Assembly: GCA_048885865.1 (NCBI GenBank)
Contig: JBHLLF010000017.1
Coordinates: forward strand, 314 to 64,313
DNA: 64,000 nt
Direction: 5' to 3'
Origin: Candidatus Hermodarchaeota archaeon
GTDB lineage: Archaea; Asgardarchaeota; Thorarchaeia; Thorarchaeales; Thorarchaeaceae
This document shows positions 39,301 through 46,975 of this stretch, piece by piece (within the stretch, counting starts at the first letter, position 1; every line of letters starts with the position of its first letter). The translations under genes were made by a program, and so were the position numbers. The notes below the pieces were generated by a model that was not told where the DNA came from, ran no database searches, and saw only the letters and a program-made list of their open reading frames with translations.

Positions 39301-42300
39301 TGTAATCATCCAAGCCATCTCCGTCGCTGTCCTTGTTCGTTGCATTTGTCCCATAGACAAGTTCGTAATAGTCTATGAGGCGGTCTTCATCCGTGTCGAA
39401 CGATGTTGGATCTGTTCCGATATCACGTTCGTACTTGTCGCTGAGCTCATCCGAGTCGGTGTCATATTTCCAAATGTTTGTCGCCCACAAATTGGCCTCC
39501 TCAGTGTTGTTGAGACCGTCACCGTCGTGATCGTTAGAAGTAATGCCTCTCCAGTTGGCAAAGTCATTGATATTCTCAGGAAGCACATCGAAATACAGCC
39601 TGGTGTAGACAAAGGAGTGTGTAGTTCTTGTTGCATCTTCATGCGTGCATTTGAATATGCCAAGCCACCGATGATACCAGATGTTCCATATCTGGAAGTA
39701 GGAGTTTATTCTGATAGCCACCGGGAAGTTAGGCATTCCTATTCCTGGCTCAATCCAAGCACTAGTATTATAGAACTCAGCTCTCCAACCAGCTCCGTAT
39801 TGAGTATCTAATGGACTCCTAATCGGATAGCCAAAAATATTCGGGATGTAAGGTGCACCTGTTTCACTCGTATTAGAGAATGAACCAGGTGGTGCATCAA
39901 TGCTTATCCAAGGCACGTTCCAGCTTCTTGACACCCAATAATCTGCACCTCTACCTTTTGCGGTCAAGTTGCCTACGAGCTGACAAAGCAGTTCGATTCT
40001 GTCCCCGACATCCAGTCCATTATTATCAACATCGTAGGTGTTTATTGTTGGATAACCAGAGATATCACTCACTGGTACCACATTGCAGATTTGATTTGGA
40101 CTTCCAAAGATAGCTTTTGTGAGCCATTCTATGATAGTGCTCTTAGCATCAAAAAGGAAGTCAAATATTGCCAAGAATATTTCGAAAACCCATCCGACAA
40201 CAGGTATTGTTCCTATAGCGGCGCTAAGAAGTGCCCAAATGATGGTTATAACCGTTGCAACTACCCCATAGGCAATAGCCAACTCAGTACCCAGGGTTCC
40301 TCCAATTGCCATGCCAATCTCAATCGCCATCCATATGGATAGACCGATGTCCACAAGAAAACAAATGACATCAAGAGAATTACCGATTGCTCTGGCGAAT
40401 TTGATTGTTCCTGTGCCGACTTTATTGATGGCTCGACATGACTTGAACCAAGAACGTGTACTTTTTCCAGCAGCTACAGCACCTTTACTAAAGCCCTTCG
40501 CAGGCAATGTTTTCAGAGATCTAAATGCCTTCATGGTGGTTTGTGTAATATCACCAAGGTAACCAAGTCCGTCGATTCCCCAGGAAATGACATTACCTAC
40601 AGTATCTATGATAGCAGCTTCAGGAAAGTCGAAGCTCACTGGCGAGTCGCCCACTTGTGTAATAATTGTCTGTCCAGCGTGCCAATTCAGCATCATGGCT
40701 AGTAGATTGTAAACAGAAAGCTCGTCTTGACCCCAATTCAGAATCTCAGTCATTATTTCCTCCAAGACTAGATAGCGGAAGCTGGAGGTGTTGTAGAGAT
40801 TGGTCTTCAGTGTCTTTGCAATGGTGATTTCTTCCGCAACCATATCGAATGTGCATGAACTGCCCATGACATAAGTCCCAGACAAGGCCTCGGAGAGTTC
40901 CAAGATCTTGCTATGATCTTCATTGGCGATTATGATTGGTACATTCTCGCTCTCTGGAAAGAATGGAGCTAATCCTTGAAGCGCTGCTGGCAACATATCA
41001 TTGCTCATCGATACAAATGCCTCATCACGATTCGAGAATGATGCAATTAAGTTGTAGACATCAATACCGTGATTGGCCAAAACTCCAGGCATGTCTGCGA
41101 GGGTAGTGGTGGAGTTCCTCATGAAATCGTATGCAAGCAACAGATTTGCCGCAATTGTCTGATTTCTGTTTTCACTATAGAATAATCCCAAATCAGAACC
41201 ATGGCACTCTTCTACAGCCAGGCCAGAGAGCATGAATGGCTCCTCATAAGTGACAAGGTTTATTGGTTCAGAATAATAGCCGACGTCATCAACTTCAAAT
41301 CCCACAAACTCAGAAGAATTAGCGATTAGTATGCCATCATATCTGGGGGAAACATAAAGCCCATTGTGCCCGACAAATCCTGTCTTGCCCGATTCACTCT
41401 TGACTGAAAGAAATGATTCCTGCTCGCCAATCTCAGAGGCATTAAACACAAGAATTCCGCTATCAGATACTGTGAGGTATGGGCCATTTGGAATCTTGAA
41501 AGCAACTATGTCATTGCCAAGATCCAGTATTTGAAGCCCGCCACTCATCGGCTTGGTTGCATTAGCTACTGCTACTCCTTCAGATCCGATGGATACATAC
41601 GTGCCATTAGGAGTAGTTAATGCGCTTACACCCACATCACTGTATCCTATTACTTTCCATATCAGTTCAACCTGAAGTGATAGGTTCACTGGATCTGATT
41701 CAGGGTAGAACATCCTACCAACGAACCCAACTATATTACCATACTCCAACACTGGTGCAAGAGGTAGATGCACATAACCTGCCATAGCAGTTATTCCGTG
41801 CTCGTTTAGAATCTCCTGATCAGGAATCACATTAGTTGTAACATTTAGTTTCGGCACTATACTAACGTCTCTCTTTGAATTGTCAAGATCCTTCATTCTA
41901 CCCTCGGCATCGTACGGCCAATCCCAAGTCTGATAGAACAGCTTTAGATTTTCAGGATTCTGAGGAACGATTTGAAATGTCACATAGGTTGGCTTGCCAT
42001 CCGTCAGAATATCAATATCGAACCGGGGTTGGATTAATGACTTGGCAAAGGGAGATAGGTCAGGTTCATCATTCACGCCATCGCCATCATTATCAAAATC
42101 CCATTGATTCGCAAGACCATCGCCATCAAGGTCAGAACTAACTCCTTCAGGCAACTCAAAGAAATCAGGGAGACCGTCATCATTTGTGTCTGGATTTGTT
42201 GGATCCAAATTGTTGAATACCTCGAATGTGTCATTTAGTCTATCGAAGTCTGAATCTGTGTTGTTGTAGTCAGTTCCAATTATGTTTTCAATGGCATCAT

Positions 42301-42580
42301 ACAAACCGTCATTATCAGTGTCATTGGCGTCGCCTGGAGTCACAGCTTCTAAGGCAAGCACCAATTCTTTCAACGAGAAGGGTGCTCTGGGAGGACTGAC
42401 TGATTCAAGAAATGATTCCACAAAAGGAACCATATCCAATAACTCATCTTCTGACTCATCTTTCAAAAATGCAGGCTGATCGACAGCTCGCTGAACATCA
42501 ACTGCAATCAGCATAACTATCAATGATACAGAAAATGCGGCACATGCTACTCTTCTCAAGGCGCTCCTCCTCTTAACCAC
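36335..42580 (-). CDS. Giant mosaic surface protein (2081 aa): TSP3-like Ca-binding repeats, beta-trefoil-like triplet, internal TM bundle, NHL-like beta-propeller, C-terminal TM anchor
   Basis: Uninterrupted 6.2-kb ORF with N-terminal anchor AAFSVSLIVMLIAV. Many D-x-D-x-DG-x-x-D-x-x-E repeats (e.g. GSNPLEPDSDSEGLSDLLE). NHL-like strands IAVDDVNEYVYVADN and PQGVVVDSNQQVYVVDNEGRCIRKFDPNG. Tail is LLLILVVLGGFIGIAVVAVWIRRRK. Confidence 0.9.
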   Translation of the reverse strand: MVKRRSALRRVACAAFSVSLIVMLIAVDVQRAVDQPAFLKDESEDELLDMVPFVESFLESVSPPRAPFSLKELVLALEAVTPGDANDTDNDGLYDAIENIIGTDYNNTDSDFDRLNDTFEVFNNLDPTNPDTNDDGLPDFFELPEGVSSDLDGDGLANQWDFDNDGDGVNDEPDLSPFAKSLIQPRFDIDILTDGKPTYVTFQIVPQNPENLKLFYQTWDWPYDAEGRMKDLDNSKRDVSIVPKLNVTTNVIPDQEILNEHGITAMAGYVHLPLAPVLEYGNIVGFVGRMFYPESDPVNLSLQVELIWKVIGYSDVGVSALTTPNGTYVSIGSEGVAVANATKPMSGGLQILDLGNDIVAFKIPNGPYLTVSDSGILVFNASEIGEQESFLSVKSESGKTGFVGHNGLYVSPRYDGILIANSSEFVGFEVDDVGYYSEPINLVTYEEPFMLSGLAVEECHGSDLGLFYSENRNQTIAANLLLAYDFMRNSTTTLADMPGVLANHGIDVYNLIASFSNRDEAFVSMSNDMLPAALQGLAPFFPESENVPIIIANEDHSKILELSEALSGTYVMGSSCTFDMVAEEITIAKTLKTNLYNTSSFRYLVLEEIMTEILNWGQDELSVYNLLAMMLNWHAGQTIITQVGDSPVSFDFPEAAIIDTVGNVISWGIDGLGYLGDITQTTMKAFRSLKTLPAKGFSKGAVAAGKSTRSWFKSCRAINKVGTGTIKFARAIGNSLDVICFLVDIGLSIWMAIEIGMAIGGTLGTELAIAYGVVATVITIIWALLSAAIGTIPVVGWVFEIFLAIFDFLFDAKSTIIEWLTKAIFGSPNQICNVVPVSDISGYPTINTYDVDNNGLDVGDRIELLCQLVGNLTAKGRGADYWVSRSWNVPWISIDAPPGSFSNTSETGAPYIPNIFGYPIRSPLDTQYGAGWRAEFYNTSAWIEPGIGMPNFPVAIRINSYFQIWNIWYHRWLGIFKCTHEDATRTTHSFVYTRLYFDVLPENINDFANWRGITSNDHDGDGLNNTEEANLWATNIWKYDTDSDELSDKYERDIGTDPTSFDTDEDRLIDYYELVYGTNATNKDSDGDGLDDYMEVAGWVMTFKYNISTDPNQILFSTRVFSNPVVQDSDGDGVDDCEEYLSNLNPKSQDTDGDGKKDKAGPRFVTESHFEWKTTYHLEREDYCPDVAIDSNGFIYAGTEVGIVKGDDIRYGILKFSPDGTFIEDWGDYASTLAIDESNGWLYYWNEEGVHRTDPSSFDPTLMFEENEFVNSLDVDSSGDIYLAFDSSYADSTVEKRSPTGDVLAGPWGGNGPSPDQFGTIQAIAVDDVNEYVYVADNREEFGQPNRVAKIDMSDGSIMTALPDGFINPQGVVVDSNQQVYVVDNEGRCIRKFDPNGFEDTNFIIRGTDSENFTWDESHTPGLSMDIDSNLNIIVAAWNGGGEGNFTKFSQTQVNASDVIPNTNPDWDADGLSNIDEDDGWELNVEFNATYACTFNVTSDPRLNDTDFDGLSDYDEFILGSNPLIPDTDLDGLSDLDESILGTNITCWDTDGEALGDGTEVTFGSNPLEPDSDSEGLSDLLEFQYGSNPRSIDTDEDGLTDFWEYLHGTNLLQPDSDGDFSFDGAENILGTDPTNPDADGDGLRDGDEYLYGTDPLNNDSDDDGAPDGYEVSVMLDPLNNDTDGDGILDLEELEWGSNPWNSDSDFDGVPDMQDPDTFAEFAGPVILACDWDEYNYTRDFAQGLGNYTEVIVVSLEELMASYTHYQYIVLVGRPDPGSETVAGLTYEILEDTGSVLADMMQPGSHEIAIRHCVWNSPQTVVILSSAYSADVYNVLQILRCRNVTILANSFIAEYQIIPVSHALNVEYSFALDCIDMVKATDSVIGVVLMSSELPLIQVTRYNTTNTPHMLTHQNGLEEGDEAMSRFLEVSVTSNGVASIPVHEALILVYYRFSDIDRDGDGSFDGFMDFNETTLTMYWYDDVADTWTKLSRDLEWVLDMGVNTTDIEVYGEAYAGCVWARVTHLSLYGIGGKLNAIVITPPNLLLILVVLGGFIGIAVVAVWIRRRKSMPEFEADFSSLTE
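37425..38195 (-). repeat. Array of thrombospondin-type-3-like calcium-binding repeats (protein level)
   Basis: At least 10 consecutive units of the form G[ST]NP(L).PD[ST]D.DGL.D..E (e.g. LGSNPLIPDTDLDGLSDLDE, YGSNPRSIDTDEDGLTDFWE, YGTDPLNNDSDDDGAPDGYE). Shorter arrays lie near 42030-42330 and 39090-39560. Confidence 0.75.
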
Positions 42581-43110
42581 TCTCTCGAATCTTAGGGAAA
42601 TGAATTGCTCTTGCCAGAAGGCCGCCTATTCTTCATATTCCACTGAACCACGAGCGAATATCATAGGCAAACCAGGTTTTAGTCATAAATATTCCGAGAT
42701 ATTTCTGGAACCCAATAATTCGAATAAACATTTCTTTTTTTGGCTATTAGAACGAAATTTGCTTATTCGAATGGAGTCAAGTAGATCTTCGCTTGGATAA
42801 CGTCGACATCGAATAGCAGTTCTAGAGGAGTTGCAGGAATTGAACGTGTCGGCTTAGAATGAGGCCATCCATCACCAACTCTGCTGAGTCCAGTCTTTAT
42901 GTCATCGAACTATGACTACATAATCCTCCTTTCTCCCAGTGTTGATGTACTTGTGAGCCTGACAACGTCCCACTTAACAATATTTAAATAGTTATCAAAC
43001 CAGTAATCCTTTTAATAGGAAAAACATTATACAAACCATTTGCATTTTGTATAGACTAAATATTATGCAAATAATATGTGTTTTAAATCGCTCCAAATTT
43101 AAATTTATTA

Positions 43111-43398
43111 ATGTCATATAGAATAGCTTATAAGCGAATGAAAAAACTGCGCTCTAATCATTGCTGGATGGATTCCTTACACAAACTATTAGGTGATAGA
43201 CAGATGATGATACCCGATTTGGTCGAAATGTTTGAGATACTTGAGGAACTTATGGTATCTGTCACATTGATGCTCTTTGCCGCACTGCTATCTTTGCTAT
43301 TATACAAAGCCAAGAACTACGTTACTGAACGCCTAACAGGTTCAAAGGAAGTCATTTACAATCCTCAATTGACCACGACAACTCCTCCTCTAGTCTAG
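43111..43398 (+). CDS. Possible small membrane protein (95 aa), doubtful
   Basis: ORF in an AT-rich spacer with one hydrophobic segment (VSVTLMLFAALLSLLLY). It ends 9 nt before the antiporter gene. No other support. Confidence 0.2.
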   Translation: MSYRIAYKRMKKLRSNHCWMDSLHKLLGDRQMMIPDLVEMFEILEELMVSVTLMLFAALLSLLLYKAKNYVTERLTGSKEVIYNPQLTTTTPPLV

Positions 43399-43406
43399 GT
43401 AAAGAA

Positions 43407-44723
43407 TTGGGTAGCAACACACAATCAAACCATGGAGTGCTTGTTTTGGAAAACATACCAATAATCATCGGAATAGGCCTTGTTCTTGCCTTCGCAGCCT
43501 CAAAGATATTCAAGAGATTTGGGATACCGCAAGTTGTCGGGTTCATGGCAGTGGGAATACTACTCCGTATGTTTGGAGTTATCACTCCTGAATACATCGA
43601 CACACTTGGTGTGATTTTCACGCTTGCACTTGGTTTAATCGGCTACAACATTGGCTTGGAACTCAAGATGAGTATTTTGAAGGGGAAGATTCGCAGAATC
43701 TTGCTTATTGTTATTCTTGAAGCCACATCGGCGTTTTGGATAGTTACGCTCTTGGTCCTTGCTGTCACTCAGCAAATGTATGTTGCTTTAATCCTCGGCT
43801 CTATCGCAAGTGCAACAGCTCCAGCTGCAACTGCAGATGTAGTCTGGGATCATGAATGTAAGGGACCAGTAACAGAATCTCTTATGTTTGTATTAGCAAT
43901 GGATGATATAATCGCCGTTGTGTTAACTAATGCAGCCATAGCCTATGCGCTCTTTCTACTTACATCTGCATCTGATACCATATTCTCCGTACTCCTCAGC
44001 CCACTAGTCATGACTGCCGGGTCAATAATCATTGGTGTGATCTTCGGCCTTGTGTTCATACAATTCGTTAAGATTGAGGAAGAGAAGAGCGTTATTGTTG
44101 AATTAGAACTTGCATTAGTCATTCTTCTAGTTGGTGTAGTTGATTATCTTGCCTTCAATGACATTCTCGCCGCCATTGCATTTGGCGTAATTGTTGGAAA
44201 TGGCGTACCGAAAGAAAAGCAGAATGGGCCCCATATGTTAGAGATAATTATGGCCCCAATCGTGATGTTGTTCTTTGTTCTAGCTGGAGCGAAGACCGAT
44301 TTTTCAGTATTCGTTGGTGGTCTTGGTAGTATCGTTATTATCCTCACCTTCCTATACATTGGTGGGCGAACCCTCGGAAAAGTAGTTGGTGCGCGTATAG
44401 GAGGGATTGCAACATCATCTGAACCAACTGTTAAGAAATATCTTGGAATCTGCCTCCTTAGTCAAGCTGGCGTTGCCTTAGGACTCAGTGTGATTATAGA
44501 AACTGAATTTGCTGCGCTGGGTGGAGAGGCGGCGCTTTTTGGAACTATAATTCTGAGTGTTGTAGCCATTTCAACTATGTTTCTCGAGATTGTTGGTCCA
44601 ATTGCAGCAAAATGGGGATTGGAAAGAGCTGGAGAGGTTGGAAATGGTAGAATAGACTGTTACGAATCAGTTCCCGTCAAATCTCCAGAAATTCTACAAT
44701 CATCAAAGGAAAGGGATTCATAG
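43407..44723 (+). CDS. Cation:proton antiporter (CPA2 / Kef-NapA-like Na+/H+ exchanger family)
   Basis: About 12 TM. The N-terminal motif AASKIFKRFGIPQVVGFMAVGILL is typical of CPA2. TTG start; an alternative GTG lies about 10 codons in. Confidence 0.8.
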   Translation: MGSNTQSNHGVLVLENIPIIIGIGLVLAFAASKIFKRFGIPQVVGFMAVGILLRMFGVITPEYIDTLGVIFTLALGLIGYNIGLELKMSILKGKIRRILLIVILEATSAFWIVTLLVLAVTQQMYVALILGSIASATAPAATADVVWDHECKGPVTESLMFVLAMDDIIAVVLTNAAIAYALFLLTSASDTIFSVLLSPLVMTAGSIIIGVIFGLVFIQFVKIEEEKSVIVELELALVILLVGVVDYLAFNDILAAIAFGVIVGNGVPKEKQNGPHMLEIIMAPIVMLFFVLAGAKTDFSVFVGGLGSIVIILTFLYIGGRTLGKVVGARIGGIATSSEPTVKKYLGICLLSQAGVALGLSVIIETEFAALGGEAALFGTIILSVVAISTMFLEIVGPIAAKWGLERAGEVGNGRIDCYESVPVKSPEILQSSKERDS

Positions 44724-44899
44724 GTGTTACCCTGAACCAATCGCATTCGTCCTGCATCACTACCTCACACCTTAGGTTGGAATGCCTGCCGCAGCGACAT
44801 TATTTTCTTCTCATTATTGCAGAAAAATGCAGGTTTGTCATTGGATAGCTTGTCGCTCAAGTCCCAGTAGAAAGATGTAGAAATAAAGGAATCACCAAG

Positions 44900-45814
44900 T
44901 CATTCTTCTTGGTTAACAATTATGACCAAATTCCCTCTCTTATGGCCTGTATCAACGTACCTATGAGCCTCTACGATGTCCTCTAGGGGATATGTTCTAT
45001 CAATGAAAGCCTTGAGGTGGCCATCTTCAACGAGCTCTCTGAGGAAAATAAGATTCTCAGCTTCCTCTTTGGTCGAAGATCTGCTGGAGAGAAAGACTCC
45101 ACTCTCATTTAGCGAACCTGCGCACTTGGAAGAGGATAGCTTGCGGACAGCATCAAAAATCACATCATACATTTCGCCACCTTGGGTGAAATCCTCCTTC
45201 TTGTAGTCGATCATTTTTTCGGCTCCAAGATCTCGCACCCACTCGTGATTTGAAGCACTACTAACTCCAGTAACCTCCGCTCCCCAATACTTTGCTAGCT
45301 GCACTGCATAACTCCCTACACTCCCTGAAGCACCGTAAATGAGGACCTTCTGCCCATTCTGAATATTCGCTTTTCTAAGAATGTCATATGCGGTATGTGC
45401 ACCTATAGGAACTGCCGCGGCTTCTTCGAAGCTCATCATATCCGGCTTCAAAGCAACCATGCTTTCTTCTGATGTGCACAAGTATTCGACATATGTTCCT
45501 CCTCTCATACCTGCGGATCCGAAGACTAGGTCCCCCGGCTTGAATAACCTTACCTCATCGCCAACTGCCTCTACTTCCCCTGAATACTCATGGCCCAGTA
45601 TTTTGCTCTTTCCAAGACCGCCCATGAAGAGACCAAGTACTAGTCTGGAGGTGAGCCCCATTCTTCGAAGCATCGCATCTCCAAAAGTCACCGTTGTTGC
45701 GTTAATCTTCACTAGTAGTTCCCTAGCTTTTGGCTCTGGCCTATCAATGTCGACGAGCTCAAGCCCTTCTGGTGGTCCGTATCTTGAAACAACTACCGCT
45801 TTCATTTTCGCCAC
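44900..45814 (-). CDS. NAD(P)H-dependent medium-chain dehydrogenase/reductase (quinone oxidoreductase-like), paralog 1
   Basis: MKAVVVSRYGPPEGLELVD..., GDEVRLFKPGDLVFG, and Rossmann motif VLIYGASGSVGSYAVQLAK. Confidence 0.8.
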   Translation of the reverse strand: MAKMKAVVVSRYGPPEGLELVDIDRPEPKARELLVKINATTVTFGDAMLRRMGLTSRLVLGLFMGGLGKSKILGHEYSGEVEAVGDEVRLFKPGDLVFGSAGMRGGTYVEYLCTSEESMVALKPDMMSFEEAAAVPIGAHTAYDILRKANIQNGQKVLIYGASGSVGSYAVQLAKYWGAEVTGVSSASNHEWVRDLGAEKMIDYKKEDFTQGGEMYDVIFDAVRKLSSSKCAGSLNESGVFLSSRSSTKEEAENLIFLRELVEDGHLKAFIDRTYPLEDIVEAHRYVDTGHKRGNLVIIVNQEE

Positions 45815-46192
45815 ATTTACTGAGCCAAATTTCTCTTAGGTAAAAAACCCTTGTCTATTCACGACGTTTTGAGGCATTCCGCTTGAGTTAGGAGAGATAC
45901 TTGCCAATCGCTGGAAGAGATTCGCCCTTTTTGCTAGGACTGCCTCTTCTTGTGTGAATCTCTTATTGGAACGAAGCAAAGAGTCATTATCCTTCCCCAT
46001 GTTTCAACGAGGTCAAACGAACGTCGCTTCTTCCTTGGTACACTATCAGCCATTTCGCATCACCATTATTCGAAATGTAGTTTCATATTCTAGTGTACCT
46101 AGAATAGTAAGAGTATTAACCCGTCTTAAGACGGGCGCATTTATAATTCAGGCAAATTGGCTTCTGACTCGATAAGCATTAAGGATACTGAA

Positions 46193-46756
46193 TTAAGTCG
46201 CCTTCTTTGCAAGTATCCAGTATTGCCTTTCTCCACCTAATTTCAGTACTCCCTCAAGAAGTATCTCAAATCCCAAATCTTTCACAACTTCTAGAGTCTT
46301 CTTAGGATCACTTGTGCTCCACAGCATTGGTTCCCCAAAGAATTCACTCATTCCTTCCGACTCATGGATTCCCGTATTGAGCATCAGTATGCCATCATCC
46401 TTCAACATTCTATGGAAATTCTTGATTATGGCTGGGTGGCTTACTCTTGGGATATGCCATAAAGTGTACACGCAAACAATCCCGTCAAATGACTTGTTTG
46501 GAAAATCAAGTGAGAGAATGTTCTTCTGATAGAATCTGGCATCAGGAACATTCTTTCTAGCAAGTTCAATCATCTTTTCCGAGATATCAATCCCTGTTAC
46601 ATTGAATCCCTTTCTCGTCAGGAATTCTGAAGTTGGTTTTCCAACCCCGCAACCTGCATCCAGTACTTCACCCAATCGAGGTAGTAGCTCAGAGAATTTC
46701 TTTAATTGAGGAATGAATTTCTCGTTATCACGAGATTTGTGATAAGTTTCCCCCAT
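46193..46756 (-). CDS. Class I SAM-dependent methyltransferase
   Basis: Motif I VLDAGCGVGKPT, and post-I/II FDGIVCVYTLWHI. Confidence 0.8.
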   Translation of the reverse strand: MGETYHKSRDNEKFIPQLKKFSELLPRLGEVLDAGCGVGKPTSEFLTRKGFNVTGIDISEKMIELARKNVPDARFYQKNILSLDFPNKSFDGIVCVYTLWHIPRVSHPAIIKNFHRMLKDDGILMLNTGIHESEGMSEFFGEPMLWSTSDPKKTLEVVKDLGFEILLEGVLKLGGERQYWILAKKAT

Positions 46757-46848
46757 CTTATCATAGCTTTCTTCGACTGTCTTGAATATGTTAGAAATTG
46801 CCGAGTCCTCCTAGGCAAATGATTTTCGTCCAAGAATCTATTCTCAAA

Positions 46849-46882
46849 TTAACTATATTTAAGCATTGGTTTACGATACAAA
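46849..46882. promoter_or_regulatory. Conserved intergenic element, copy A (TATA-like core plus a conserved flank)
   Basis: ttaactatatttaagcattggtttacgatacaaa matches 48613-48646 at 29 of 34 ungapped positions. It lies between the divergent methyltransferase and GNAT genes. Confidence 0.45.
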
Positions 46883-46975
46883 TAATGATTAGAAGTACGA
46901 ATCTCAAATTGGCCTAGTTGGAAAGATATTAAGAAGAACTGAGTTGGCTTCTGTGATGAGCAAGGAGGTCTATAA

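Noticed and set aside
36390-42479. Plus-strand ORFs inside the 2081-aa minus-strand gene (for example 39242-39811 at 189 aa, 38118-38441)
   Set aside because: They are antisense shadows of the repeat-rich giant gene. Their translations are Ser/Cys/Val-rich with no domain logic.
45954-46175. 73-aa ORF in the spacer between the MDR and methyltransferase genes
   Set aside because: It spans two perfect hairpins that look like terminators and has no Shine-Dalgarno site. The region is more likely non-coding.
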